A DNA stretch of 64,000 nucleotides from Octopus vulgaris (lineage: Eukaryota): assembly GCA_951406725.2 (NCBI GenBank), contig OX597817.1, positions 130,014,001 to 130,078,000 on the forward strand. Direction: 5' to 3'. The translations under genes and the position numbers were made by a program. Below are positions 51,223 through 64,000 of the stretch, piece by piece (the first letter of the stretch is position 1; each line of letters starts with the position of its first letter). Under the pieces are notes generated by a model. The model did no database searches. It worked only from the letters and a program-made list of their open reading frames with translations, and had not been told where the DNA came from.

Positions 51223-53223
51223 AGCAACGTTTGTGCATGGGATTAATACATCAGCAGTTGATTTCACCCTGGTTTGCGTCCGCGGCTTCCATACATACAT
51301 ATATACATACACACTTTTATACACATATACAAACACACATATACATACTTATAGTCGTATATAGATACAGACATACATGGACACAGACATACATAGACAC
51401 AGATATACACATAAACACATACGCATACACGCACACAGGCATATCTGCAACGCTAATACTGAAAGTTCTATTTAAAAAAAAGTAGAACCCTATGTTTCCT
51501 CTCTTACCCAATCTTTTCCTAACTTAATCCTTTATAGGCTAATGTGTATACCAATCCCGGAGCTATCATTCAACATCCGTCGCGTCTTTCAATCTCCTCG
51601 GACTTTAAACAAGGAAGTATATGATCGCAAAATTGTCATCACTTTTCCTTATATATTTTAAACTACATGTGATGACACCTTGTCACTTGTTCGGCTTCAG
51701 TTTTCTCTTGAACACCATGTATGTATGTATGTATGTATGTATGTATGTATGTATGTATGCATGTGTGTATGTATGTATGTGTGTATGTATGTATGTGTGT
51801 ATGTATGTATGTATGTATGTGTATGTATGTATGTATGTATGTATGTATGTATGTATGTATGTATGTATGTATGTACATATACACAAATACACCCATTTGT
51901 ATAGACGCGTATATGTAAATAGACATTCATATATCTGATTGTGCCTGTGTATGCGTGACAGAGAAATAGTCAGAGGAGGACGGAGGGGCAGGGGGCGAGA
52001 TGTGAGAAGAAATATCGCAAGATAACTGTTTGGTGCCAGATGTTGGATAGCAGATTTATAAAATTGACAAGCAACGGTAGGGTATCTTATCCACATACGC
52101 ACACACATAAACACACAACACAAACACACACACGTACATATACATATACACACATAATACACAAATACGTACATACAGGTATGCATAATACATACATACA
52201 TACATACATACATACCTACATACATACATACATACATACATACATACATACATACATACATACATACATACATACATACAAACATTCCTTGACTTCTAAT
52301 TAATACAGCTGCGTTGAGTTATGTACAATATGTAACTATAATAAAGAATCGCTATGTTAAATATGGCTAAATTATGGGCAGACTTTTTGACACCGTTATT
52401 CATTCGTTGTTGCTGGCGTCACTATACTTCCTAAAACAGGGAAAAGTCCTTAAAATCCTAGTTAACAATCTGCCTAGTACTTCAAATTACGAAGAATATC
52501 CTTTGAAAAAGAATATTCCAAACAGAATTTCTTTTTCTGTTTGTGTTTATTTTGACACTAGGCAATTGTCAATTCTCTTAGTAAAATCTCGTAGACGGAA
52601 ATCAAGACCAAACATGGACGAATCTCGTAATTTCGATTACGATCATAATATTTACCTTTAAAGTATCTACAAAGACGAGAAACAGCTGGATTTGATCACA
52701 ACGTTTTTACCTCATATACAGATGTAATTTCGGACATGAATAATGTTCATACTTTCCTCACTGAACGTGGAGGAAATTTGCTCTTCAAACCAAAAACATT
52801 TACATCTGTTTTTCATCTCCACAATATGTGCTATAAACAACATAGGTGTTGTGATCAAAGTAGAACTGACCCAAAAGATATTACATCAAACTTTTAAAAC
52901 ACCGCAGTTACAGCTTTTTACTTTCAGTAAGATAAATAATACCCTACAATACGTTTGCAATACTAGTTGCTATCCGTTCCCTTTTCATAAAGTTAAAAAT
53001 GCTAACAGAAAGCTTTCATAGAATTAGTGAAATGCGCAAGAGAAAAATACCTTAAGTAGCTGTGGACAGCCTTTGAGGGTAGGTTAGTAAGCATCTTCTA
53101 AACAACTGTACCAAAAACAGACACATCAATCAAATGTTCAGGAAGGAAACAGTTTAGGAAGCGTTCAGCAGCTGGAAGCTGTATACATACATACATACAT
53201 ACATACATACATACATACATACA

Positions 53224-53256
<33 letters not shown>

Positions 53257-53451
53257 GCATACATACATACATGCATACATACATACATACATACATACAT
53301 ACATACATACATACATACATACATACATACATAAATACACACACGCACGCACGCACACACGCATACGTATATATGTAAATATATGTTTATATGTATGTGT
53401 ATGTGCGTTAAATGTATGTATACGTATGCATGAGTGCACACACACACACAT

Positions 53452-53503
<52 letters not shown>

Positions 53504-53547
53504 GTGTATATATATAGATATTTATTATATATATATACATGTATACA

Positions 53548-53592
<45 letters not shown>

Positions 53593-53728
53593 AAAAAGGG
53601 TTTAGCACGAATGCATGTAGAAATAGTATTTCAAATTCGTTCGTAAACCTTTACTTAGTATGAATGAGGCTTTTACATGACTATGATAATTATTCCAAAT
53701 TAATTAATTTCACCCTTCATTATTACGG

Positions 53729-53779
<51 letters not shown>

Positions 53780-53819
53780 GCATGTATGTATACATATATA
53801 TGCATATATATATATCATA

Positions 53820-53967
53820 GGGGCAGGCTTGGCTGTGTGGTAGGATGTTTGCTTCCCAACTACATGGCTCCGGGCACCTCCCACTCGGTGGCACTTCGTG
53901 CAAATGTCTTCTACTATAGCCTCGGGTCGATCAAAGCCGTGTGAGTTGATTTCATAAACGGTAACCG

Positions 53968-54045
<78 letters not shown>

Positions 54046-54122
54046 ATGTATATATATATGTGTGTGTGTGTCTGTGTCTGTATTTGTCCTCCCCCACCGC
54101 CTGACAATGGGCGTTGGTGTGT
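53820..54122 (+). mobile_element. Diverged SINE family A with (TATC)n middle
   Basis: TGGCTGTGTGGTA head and TGTCTTCTACTATAGCCTCGGG core. Confidence 0.8.
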
Positions 54123-55343
54123 TATTTCATTTTACACGGGTTTCATTACCGAATAGCAGCCACAAAGGTATACATGTAGAAATATGTACGGAATCTCCTA
54201 TCGGTAATTCTTCAGCTTTTTTGTACGTGTATACTTTTGTATACTCATACACACAAGCTCCCACACCGCACGCATGCACACACACGCAGACTCATCCAAA
54301 AAATAAAAATAGTCCCTGCAAGAAATTCGTCGAAAAAGAAAGCTCTGACAGTGAGTTGATTTGCTAAGAAGAGTGAAAAATCCAAAGTTTCCTACAAATT
54401 GCTCTTCTCGAATGAGGAACAATAAAGAATATGATAAATATCGTCAATAACGGTAACTGTGGCATCAGACTCGATATTTGCCTCTCTGAGAATGACGCAA
54501 TATCCGAAATTCCGTATTTTTCACTGCAAACAGCAATAGCTCACTATTTTTGTTTTTTATCAACGATCTCTCTTATATATTAAATTTTATTGTGAAAAAC
54601 AACAACCAGTGTCTTGGAATCTACATTCTTATTAAATAAATATTTACTGACAAAAGAACGTATGAAATGGATTGACAGCAAGAGGGATCGGAGTTATAGA
54701 CCAACATAGTTATAAGCTCAAGAATTATGGTGGTGGTGGTGGTGGTGGTGGTGGTGGTAGTGGTAGTGGTGGTGGTGGTGGTAGTGGTGTGGTGTGGTGT
54801 GGTGGTGGTGGTGGTGTACTGTAACCAGAGAGAAAGTAAACAGCACAAACAGTATTAATAATATTCCGCAGTGGAAAGATGGCACTTTGAGAAATCATAT
54901 TGTTATTTCATTTCGTAAAGACATCGAATACAACAGTACCGACGACAGCCACAGCAGTAGCAAGACCAGCAGCAGCAGCAACAACAACAACAACAACAAC
55001 AACCGACAATAATGTAATAACAAGAAGTCAATCAGACAACGAACAAGCAATCATTAGCTAACAGTCAACAATGTTGTTCCCACCCAGTTGTTTGGACTAC
55101 ATTGTAATGTGCTTAGCAGAACTTCTTGTTCTGTTGTTAACTATTTAATGACTTCACAAGGATAGCGTGACGGATCTGGCACTGATGAATATTGTATTAT
55201 ACATACATATATGTGTGTGTGTGTGTGTACACACACACGCATATATATATATGTATGTGTCTGTGTGTATGTGTATGTATGAGCAATCTTTTTGTTCAGG
55301 GCTACATGTTTCACAAATACAATAGTCATAGAATGCATAACAT

Positions 55344-55397
<54 letters not shown>

Positions 55398-55470
55398 TTA
55401 TATCTGTGTACACATAGATGTATGTAATCATATACATATGTACTAAGAGATAGATAGATAAATACATACA

Positions 55471-55504
<34 letters not shown>

Positions 55505-55928
55505 CATACATACATACATACATAGGCAGATAGATAAATAGAGAAACAGATGATAGATAGATCGATAGATAAATATAGACAGAGATAGAGAGAGATATAG
55601 AGTGAGGGAGGGGGGATAGGTAAACAGATATATAGATAAATAGATATATAGATAAATAGATAAAGTAAGAGAGAAGTAGAGAAAAAGGAGAGAGAAAAGG
55701 AGAGAGAGAAAGAGAGAGAATGAGAGTAAGTGGGAAGCCTTGATATAAGGATGCCTGAATGGAGAATTACAAAACAATATACGTAGCTCGCCTGTGAGAT
55801 TGGTTTTTACACTCATGCGTTCGTCAGATGATTCTCTACATTTTTCTTTTATAACAACTTGTGTCAGTTTTTTTTTAAAGTCTGTTTTACTAACCATACT
55901 AAGAGCGACTGAATGTCTCTCTTCTAAC

Positions 55929-55968
<40 letters not shown>

Positions 55969-56209
55969 ACTCCCCGCTCAAACAACCCCACACGTTGCAA
56001 GTAAAGGACTTATACATGCACATCACCACACACATACAAACACACTCTGTCTCTGTTTCTCTCCCTCTCTATATTTTTCTCTCACACACACATATGTCTT
56101 CTTCTACTAGTGGAAGTAGTTATTACAAGGAAGATAATCATTTATTCATAATGTATATATATATATATAAACATATATTCATACATACATACATACATAC
56201 ATACATACA

Positions 56210-56243
<34 letters not shown>

Positions 56244-56469
56244 CACATATATATATACACACATATATATATATGTGTGTGTGTATGTGTATGTGTGTGT
56301 GTATGTATGTATATGTATATATATATATACATACACACACAGACCGCACATGTACTCATCCTCACCCCTACTCATATATAAGTGTGCGTGCGTTTGTGTG
56401 TGCTTATATATATATGTATATATATATATGCATATATATATATATATATATATGCATATGTATATATGC

Positions 56470-56586
<117 letters not shown>

Positions 56587-57034
56587 TGGTAGGGAGCACA
56601 TTTGCAGTCTGCCTATGTGTGTGTATGCGTGTGTGAGTGCATGTGCGTATGCTTATGCGTGTGTTTACCTACATATTTTATTTAATACACAGTAACAGTA
56701 AAAGCAGGGATGCGATAATATATTAGGCGGCGGACGAACTTTGATTTACTAACCACCAAATTATTACCGGAAGCCAGGAAGTTGTAATGGACGAAATCCA
56801 TTTAGTGTTCGAATAAAGAGTTGCATAAGGAGGTTGCGGAGAGAAATGGAAAGCTAGAAAAAGAGGAATTAGAGAAGGCTAAGAATAATGTGAAGGAATA
56901 TTACGATTAGGAGGACTGAGAGACTGAATGGGGGAATGTATGTGATGAAAGAGAAATAAAAGGTAAAGGAATAAGAGGTGTGTAAGTGAATAAAGATGTC
57001 TGGTAAAATGGCATATTGACCATGGTGAGGAGAC

Positions 57035-57089
<55 letters not shown>

Positions 57090-60000
57090 CAGAGACAGAG
57101 ACAGACAGACAGATAAATAGACAGACGGGTAAGGATATGGGGGAATGAAAAGAAATAAAAGTTAAAATAAAAAAGAACTAAAATAGTGAGAATAGGAGAA
57201 AGAAGAAAAGAAAAGAAAAGAAAATCTCTGAGAGAAAGTTAAAGAGTTGCTGTATGTATGTAATCACAGATGGATGTATGTATATGTGAACTTGTGTGCG
57301 TGCGCGTGTGTGTTTAAATTTTGTTGTACATTTTTTTCATGTAGAAAAATAGCGTTACTCTAACGCTATTTTATAACTTATGGAGCCTTGCTGTGCGAAG
57401 TGTATTCCTAAGATGAAGGCCTATGGAAATTTATTAAGCCTCACATATATGGTATGGGTTTTTACATGATATGATATGTGTGCATGTATATATGCATATG
57501 TACTACTCCTCCCACTAGCACATACACACGTAAGTGCTACGTGAAATCTATTTTGTCTTAGAACACTGTATTTTATCTCTTGCCTCACACAATATTTTGG
57601 GAACGAATGTAAAATAGCTGCCTGGAACTATATATATACATACATACATGCATACATATATATGTGTGTATGTATGTATGTATGTATGTGTGTACGTATA
57701 TGTATATATATGGTGGATGTATGTATATATATATATATGTATATATATGTGTGTGTGTGGATGTGAATGTCAGTATGTTTATCAAAGGATTCGGCTCATT
57801 CCCTTTACTACCACCATCTTCACCACCACTAAGACTACTACCACCACCACCGCCGACGACAACAACAACAACAACAACACATGTCCCTTTTTGTTTTTTA
57901 TTAATTTTAATTTCGTAGTTAACTCCCTTGCCTTCGTTGCCAGAAACTGTCATTATCAATACTGATTTGTTTCCTTCTCATTAGAAATGTAATTTCAACC
58001 GATTAAAATTCATTGAAGCTCACTCCAGTAGGTATCCTAGTCGCTATTTAACTCTATGCTATTCATACTGAAGATATTCTTTGGAAGATATCCTCATTTT
58101 GCTAGAAAAAGAAAGGCATATAGCGATATGTTGTTTGGGTTTGAAAACAAAACAAAAGGCTATATGGCTATGACTAGAATATCTAAGATGATAGAACTTT
58201 ATACTCTAGAATGCTTTCAGGCTAAACCACAAACGAACAAACACAATAATTAACAACAAAGAGGACACCACCACCACCATCACCACCACTAAAAGTGTCG
58301 AATAAAGTGTTTCAGTAACATGATAAATCATCAGCGGAGACGGTTTCTAGAGCATGGTCTTTAGTCCATCCGACAAACTCGTCGATATATAATTTAAAAA
58401 ATCCAAATAACGATGCATTAATGAGTGTATATGTAAGCCTAAGTATTTTTTAATGTATTCATATACATTAGCGCAGACATGGATGACATCGCGTATATGG
58501 ATCTTATTGCAAGCTGAATTTCATGAATGTTTCAAATATTTTTGCTCCTGTTGATGTCTTGTAACCGTAACCTTCTCATTAGGTGTGTTCTTTTTGATTT
58601 TGTGAAACCTACCATCTCAAGATTGGAACTGAAGCAGGTATTCACTTGGCCAAATGCTTTAATAAGAGAAATCTAAAATTATCGTAACTAGATATCTAAT
58701 CAGTTCGACACGTCTTCTTTCTCATTAATCTTTAATATTATGTGTATACATAAGTAGGCAACGAAGTAAATGAGACAGTATGTGTATGTATGTATGTATG
58801 TATGTATGTATGTATGTATGTATGTATGTTCTCTTCTATTTTTTATTATTTGAAGTCTTTCTGTGAGGATGGACCTTCTAAAGCACCGTAATTGGTATGT
58901 AGATAGCAAAAACAATATCACATTTTGAACTTGAGTAGTCTTGCACATCTTTACAGTTTAGATTACAGATTTCAAGTGTATTGTACGTGTTTGCTGGTTG
59001 AGTCCTTTTTTGTGAAAATACGATGTATGTTTTTTTTGTATTTATTTTAATTTTTACTTACTTTGCAGAATTCAAGCTGGTCACTAACAATCTACAAGGC
59101 TTATGATTAAGTTAAAACAACTCTTGGGGATCAGTGGTTACTTGAACTGGCTGATGTATGTATATATGCATACAAGTTGTATGCGTGTGCGTGCGGGTAA
59201 ATTTGCATCCATGGATGAGCGTACAGCAATAGAATACAATTGTGGGTTTCAGCTCTGTTTATGTGAGTGCGTTCTTATATATTCCATATGTATATGCAAT
59301 CCTGCGCATGTGTTTTCCCAGGAGTCTCTCACAACGGATCCAAGAAATGTTTTACAAATTTTCTTTGTTCCTCTGAGCGACTGTATCTGGAAGATGCAAG
59401 TCAATCTACTCTAGTTTTTTTTTTTTTTTGTAGAACCCCAAACATTTCTAAATTTCTATGCTAATCTGCTGTTATATAGTCCAGTACACTTGTGATAATA
59501 GAAACACAGGAAAATCTATAGCCTGGCTATAAATTCTGTAGGTATCTTCTCAATTATCCATTTGTTGTCTTTTTCTCCAATATTTAAAGAGACATGTACT
59601 TCTACAGAGAAGCTGATCTCTACAACGGCATACGACTTTTGTGCGTTCTTGATTAACTTCTCAGATTACTATTGTTAAACAATATATTCCATTTCAAATA
59701 GCGGTTTAAGAATGTTTTATTTCTTTTATTGTTTACACACATACACGCACATTCCCTCTGACTACCCCCTCTCTCTCTTTGTTTTTCCCTTTCTCCTTTT
59801 CTCAGAAATGTTGGTGTTTCCTCATCTTTCAAATATAAGAATTTCATTTACTGCAGAGTCTTTTTTGTTCTTTTTTTGTCTTTGTTTTACATAACTTTTA
59901 TCCTTTTTACCTAAAATAACATAAATAAACATGACAATGGCGCCTGCTGAAGATTTTAATCATGACACAGAAAAGGTTTCTCTTCCAAATCCCACACCAA

Positions 60001-60532
60001 ACATCATCACCATGTTATAATCAGTGTAGTGCAGCTTACAGCAACATACTAATACATATAAAAAAAAGATCTCTATATGTGTATGCATGTGTTTACTTGT
60101 ATATGTATATGCATATGCAGATACATATGTATGTCTGTATGTATGTATGTATGTATATATGTATGTATGTGAGTATGTATGTAATGCATACATACATACA
60201 TGTATGTATACATACATGAATACTTACATACATAGCTACATAAGTATATGCATACATTCATACATACATAACATACATACTAACGTAGAGATATATAAAT
60301 ATTGATTCGAGAAAACATTATAATACTATGTTGTCTGTCCCTCATACCAAAAGGAATCAGATACATGATGAAGATGCCTGTTGAATCTATAAACAGTAGA
60401 CAGATAAATTTACTTTTAAATTCCAAAGCAAGCCATCTTGTGCATATTGTAATATTAGTACGGAACAGAATAGATTACACACCTCACAGGATATAACAAG
60501 TACAAACACATACACACACATAAATGACAGGC

Positions 60533-60614
<82 letters not shown>

Positions 60615-61394
60615 ATCAGTACATATACATAGAAGTTTCCAGACGAGTGAAAACATTGTTATTCCGGGATTCCCTTTCGAGAGATGGGTTATAAAATTTA
60701 TAATTGTTTATCTAAGGTAGCCGGTAAAGCAACGATAGCTTCCATTGAAGAGTTTATAAATCGCTTGAATATTTTACTCCCATTTCCGAGACTGGTCAAC
60801 GCCAAGCAGACGAGTCAATGTAGATTGTATATGTGGGGATACCCCCGCCAGCATTTACATTCAGAATTTCTTGTGGATGAATTCTCTAAATATTTTCATG
60901 AAGATAAAAGCTTAGTGATTAACAGCCAAACATTCATTTAACATAACTTGCACCGTAATTTTCTTCAGAATAAATGTTTCCCCGCAAGTTCATATGCACT
61001 TCTAATTCATTCCTCAAATTGAAAAGTAATGTATTTTATCATGGGTTTTCACGATTAGTTGTTTATCTCCAGCCCAGCCCTGATAAAGCGAAGAAACATC
61101 TACACGGCGTCAGTTTTACTAGAAATATCAGTTCATCTTCCTCAAATTAATCACCAACCACGTCTTTTAAAATAGCTACATTGCTTAATTTCGTCCTAAA
61201 TACATTATGCCTGAACAAAAGAAGCCGTAGCCATGTCTGTAACACATTTGATTAAAGAGATAACTAGATGTGGTCGTGTAAATGGAGCTCAGTAGAAGTA
61301 AAAGATAAATTCCCCCAGTCCCAGAGAATAAGGAAGCTAGTCAGTGGTTATTTGACCAGTAAAAAGGCTGACAAACCTACCAAAGAAAATAAAA

Positions 61395-61981
61395 GGTGAT
61401 CACTGACCCAGCTTTCCTTTTTAAGTGAAACCTGTAAAGCTTTATGAGGTTTTGGTCAAAGAGGAAAAGTCTTTCTTCTGCTCTTTCAGTCTCGTCCACC
61501 GCACAATCTCTTTCAGAAAAAAATTGCCTGTCCATACCGTCCAAAGGAAGGCAGTAGGGCAATCTTCACAACGGATTCGGCTGATAGACAGACCCGTCCT
61601 GCACTTGAAAACAACTGTCCGACATAAACCCATAAATCGGCAATGCTCGAGCATTGTCGAGTGCATGCAGAACAGTTTCATCGCTCTGGGCGTATCTCAG
61701 ACAGGTCCAGCTGCCGACACCATTGTATTTATAGTGATTTTATCGAACACACAATGCCTCCAGAAGCCACGTCAGACCAGGGCTTACTGGAAATTATCCA
61801 TAGGCCCTGGACCAAAAATCCTTCGGAACAGACCAGCTAGTCGACTCGTAGAGTTTTCTCAAGAACGTCATCGCTTTTGCCCGCCAATAATCCTTTGCAG
61901 AAGTTAAAACCGTCATCACCATCATCATCGTCGTCATCACCATCATCATCGTCGTCATCGTTGTCGTCGTCGTCATCGTCG

Positions 61982-62051
<70 letters not shown>

Positions 62052-62960
62052 TATCATCATCATCATCACTGTACATTACTGCCTCAAGATTTAGGACTCG
62101 TAGGGCTGGTTACCCTGTTTTCAAGGCATGCAAATGACCGAGACCGCAATATTCCCTGTGAACTGGACGCCAATCCATCACAGGATTATTCATTTACATT
62201 TGAGTGGACGGGGGCAATATGATATGATGTATTTTGCTCAAGAATACAACGCATTTTCCCGTCTTGGAATAGAAAGCACGATCTTACAATCACGACTGCA
62301 ACGCTATAACCGTAAGGTCACGTGTCTTCACTATAGAGCGCTAACGTGGAATTCCCAATGATTACATTGTCTGACTGAGAAAGAGCTGTGAGCGCTTGAT
62401 AACATTCCAAATACCAAGTGTCTTCTCTCAGGTTTTAATTGATCTAGGACCGTAACTTTGTCAAAGGATGAGCTGTGGAGCGAATTTGATAAAGGAAGAC
62501 CACACCTCTTATCGTCAAGAAAATGCTAGAGATACCGAAACGTCAGAGCATATCTGCGCATATATCCAGCCCTCCACTCAGCGGGTGTCGACAATGAGTG
62601 GAGCGTCTGGCCAAAATGGAAGAGCACACACTACAATCCGGTCAGACAAGAACGGAAGCCTACGATGCATATCTAGGTTGATCGAATAGATTACAAATTT
62701 GTGGTTTGTGTAGTCGACGATTTTAAATTGAGAAAAACCTGTTATTTTATCTACAGAACATTCCATCTAGATGCGATCTGGATGACCCGATGTTGTTAGT
62801 CCATGTCCACGTTGACACATTCGGGAAATCCAGCTGGAATCTATCAGGATATTGTGAACGTCTCATCAGGCTTTTGAAGGTTTTTGCGAGGCTTTTGCAC
62901 CTTCTCTACTATCTGTTAATCACATTCAGTTTAAACATGCATCCAAGATAGCGTTATGAG
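61395..62960 (-). mobile_element. Tx1/L1-type LINE remnant: AP-endonuclease piece (62380-62960) and zinc-knuckle piece (61395-61905), RT missing
   Basis: NAILDA, TWTWTNNIGSSRSHLD and IVDYTNHKFV resemble APE motifs (TW..SRLD..SDH). GPMDNFQ and TCLRYAQSDETVLHAL..C resemble a decayed CCHC knuckle. An (ATC)n tract and a SINE C copy separate the pieces. Confidence 0.65.
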
Positions 62961-62974
62961 ATTTTACAATCCTG

Positions 62975-63395
62975 TATGACTCAGTGATTGATGCTCAGAG
63001 GCCAGACATTGTGGTAGTGGATAAAAAGGAAACCGATGTCATAGATATTGCCATACATGGAAATGTACGAGTGGGTGACAGAGCTGGAAAAGATTGAGAA
63101 GTATATGCTACAAAAGGATGAAAATGCATGAATGTGGGCATTAAAAAGAGTAACTGGCATCCAAATAGTTGTAGGTGGACTGGGAATAGTAACAATAAGA
63201 TTTGGGAAATTTCTTGGAGAAATTAGGATTGTCACGAGGGTAGAACATGCTCATAAAACTGTTTTATTGGGAACAGCGAGGATTTTGAGATTTGTACTTG
63301 GGTGTTAAGTATCGTGAGACCCTTGACAATAGGTTATCCGCTCTTACAGAATTAGCCGGAACAGCTGAAATCGAGAGCTCTGAGAAGTGAAATAA

Positions 63396-63470
<75 letters not shown>
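62975..63470 (+). mobile_element. R4/Dong-type LINE 3' end with (TAG)n tail
   Basis: AQRPDIVVVDKKE..IDIAI..LEKIEKY..VVGGLG..KTVLLGTARILR..LG*, then a short UTR and AATAAT(AGT)n. Confidence 0.85.
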
Positions 63471-63471
<1 letters not shown>

Positions 63472-63630
63472 CCTTTCTATCATAGGCACATGGCCAGCAA
63501 TTTTAGAGGGAGGGAAGGAGTAAATCGATTACATCGACTCCAGTGATCAACTGGTACTTATTTTATCGACCTCGACCGGCTTCGGCGGAGTTTGAATGCC
63601 GCTGATGATTCTGCCAGCTCGTCGCCTTAA
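63472..63630 (-). mobile_element. Internally deleted SINE B
   Basis: Reverse complement head AAGGCGACGAGCTGGCAGAATC plus core. Confidence 0.75.
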
Positions 63631-63672
63631 GAGAGAGAGAGAGAGAGAGTCAGGCAGACAATGGGAGCCATC

Positions 63673-63728
<56 letters not shown>

Positions 63729-64000
63729 TTATTGTATACTGTTTTGTGTTTCCTTTTGTTATCTTTCTCTTTTCAATTAGGACAAATTCCGGTTTAGGTC
63801 TATTAAACGATCTCCTTGATTGGTCTTATTATAATTGACAAGAGAAGTATTGCTAACAGTTACAACAGTAATAACAACTATAGCAACAAGAAAGAATATA
63901 TATACAGAGAGAGATGAGAAAGAATCCCTTTTCCATCGCTTGCCCGCTCAATTTCCCCTTCCCCATCATCAGGAATACTGAATGGCTGGCGTTCAGTTTT

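Noticed and set aside
57346-57372. Perfect 12-bp hairpin AAAATAGCGTTA-ctc-TAACGCTATTTT
   Set aside because: Isolated and AT-rich with no supporting context; a bacterial-type terminator reading does not apply here.
58322-58352. Minus-strand GAAACCGTC-tccg-CTGATGA resembling a permuted HHR
   Set aside because: Stem I cannot form and stem II is unconvincing.
59030-59162. Exon-like segment: pyrimidine tract, TTGCAG acceptor and GTATGT donor
   Set aside because: All three frames contain stops, and the donor overlaps a (GTAT) repeat. At most a non-coding exon, which cannot be supported without RNA data.
62858-62872. CTGATGAG on the minus strand
   Set aside because: No downstream stem II or GAAA; it lies inside LINE coding sequence.

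Overview
Gene-poor, AT-rich animal DNA saturated with (TA)n/(CA)n/(TACA)n/(TATC)n and trinucleotide microsatellites. The SINE families and microsatellite load suggest an Octopus/coleoid cephalopod genome (inference, not verified). I can support no intact host protein-coding exon; almost all listed ORFs are microsatellite read-throughs. The window is a transposon graveyard: three to four SINE families, three Tc1/mariner derivatives, a piggyBac, a Tigger/pogo remnant, a probable hAT remnant, several MITEs, a K02A2.6-like Gypsy, a Tx1/L1-type LINE, R4/Dong-type LINE fragments and many Penelope-like element (PLE) pieces. The strongest signal is RNA-level. About ten hammerhead ribozyme (HHR)-like motifs occur, most in PLE termini abutting (TA)n. 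They include a tandem pair at 31571-31700 and a recurrent core variant CUGUCGA (A6U). The PLE carrying the tandem pair has a GIY-YIG endonuclease with an in-frame ~124-aa Asn/Ser-rich insert between its two motifs. There is also a ~2-kb near-perfect palindrome (13456-15412). Coordinates were read by eye, and the ends of decayed elements are approximate.
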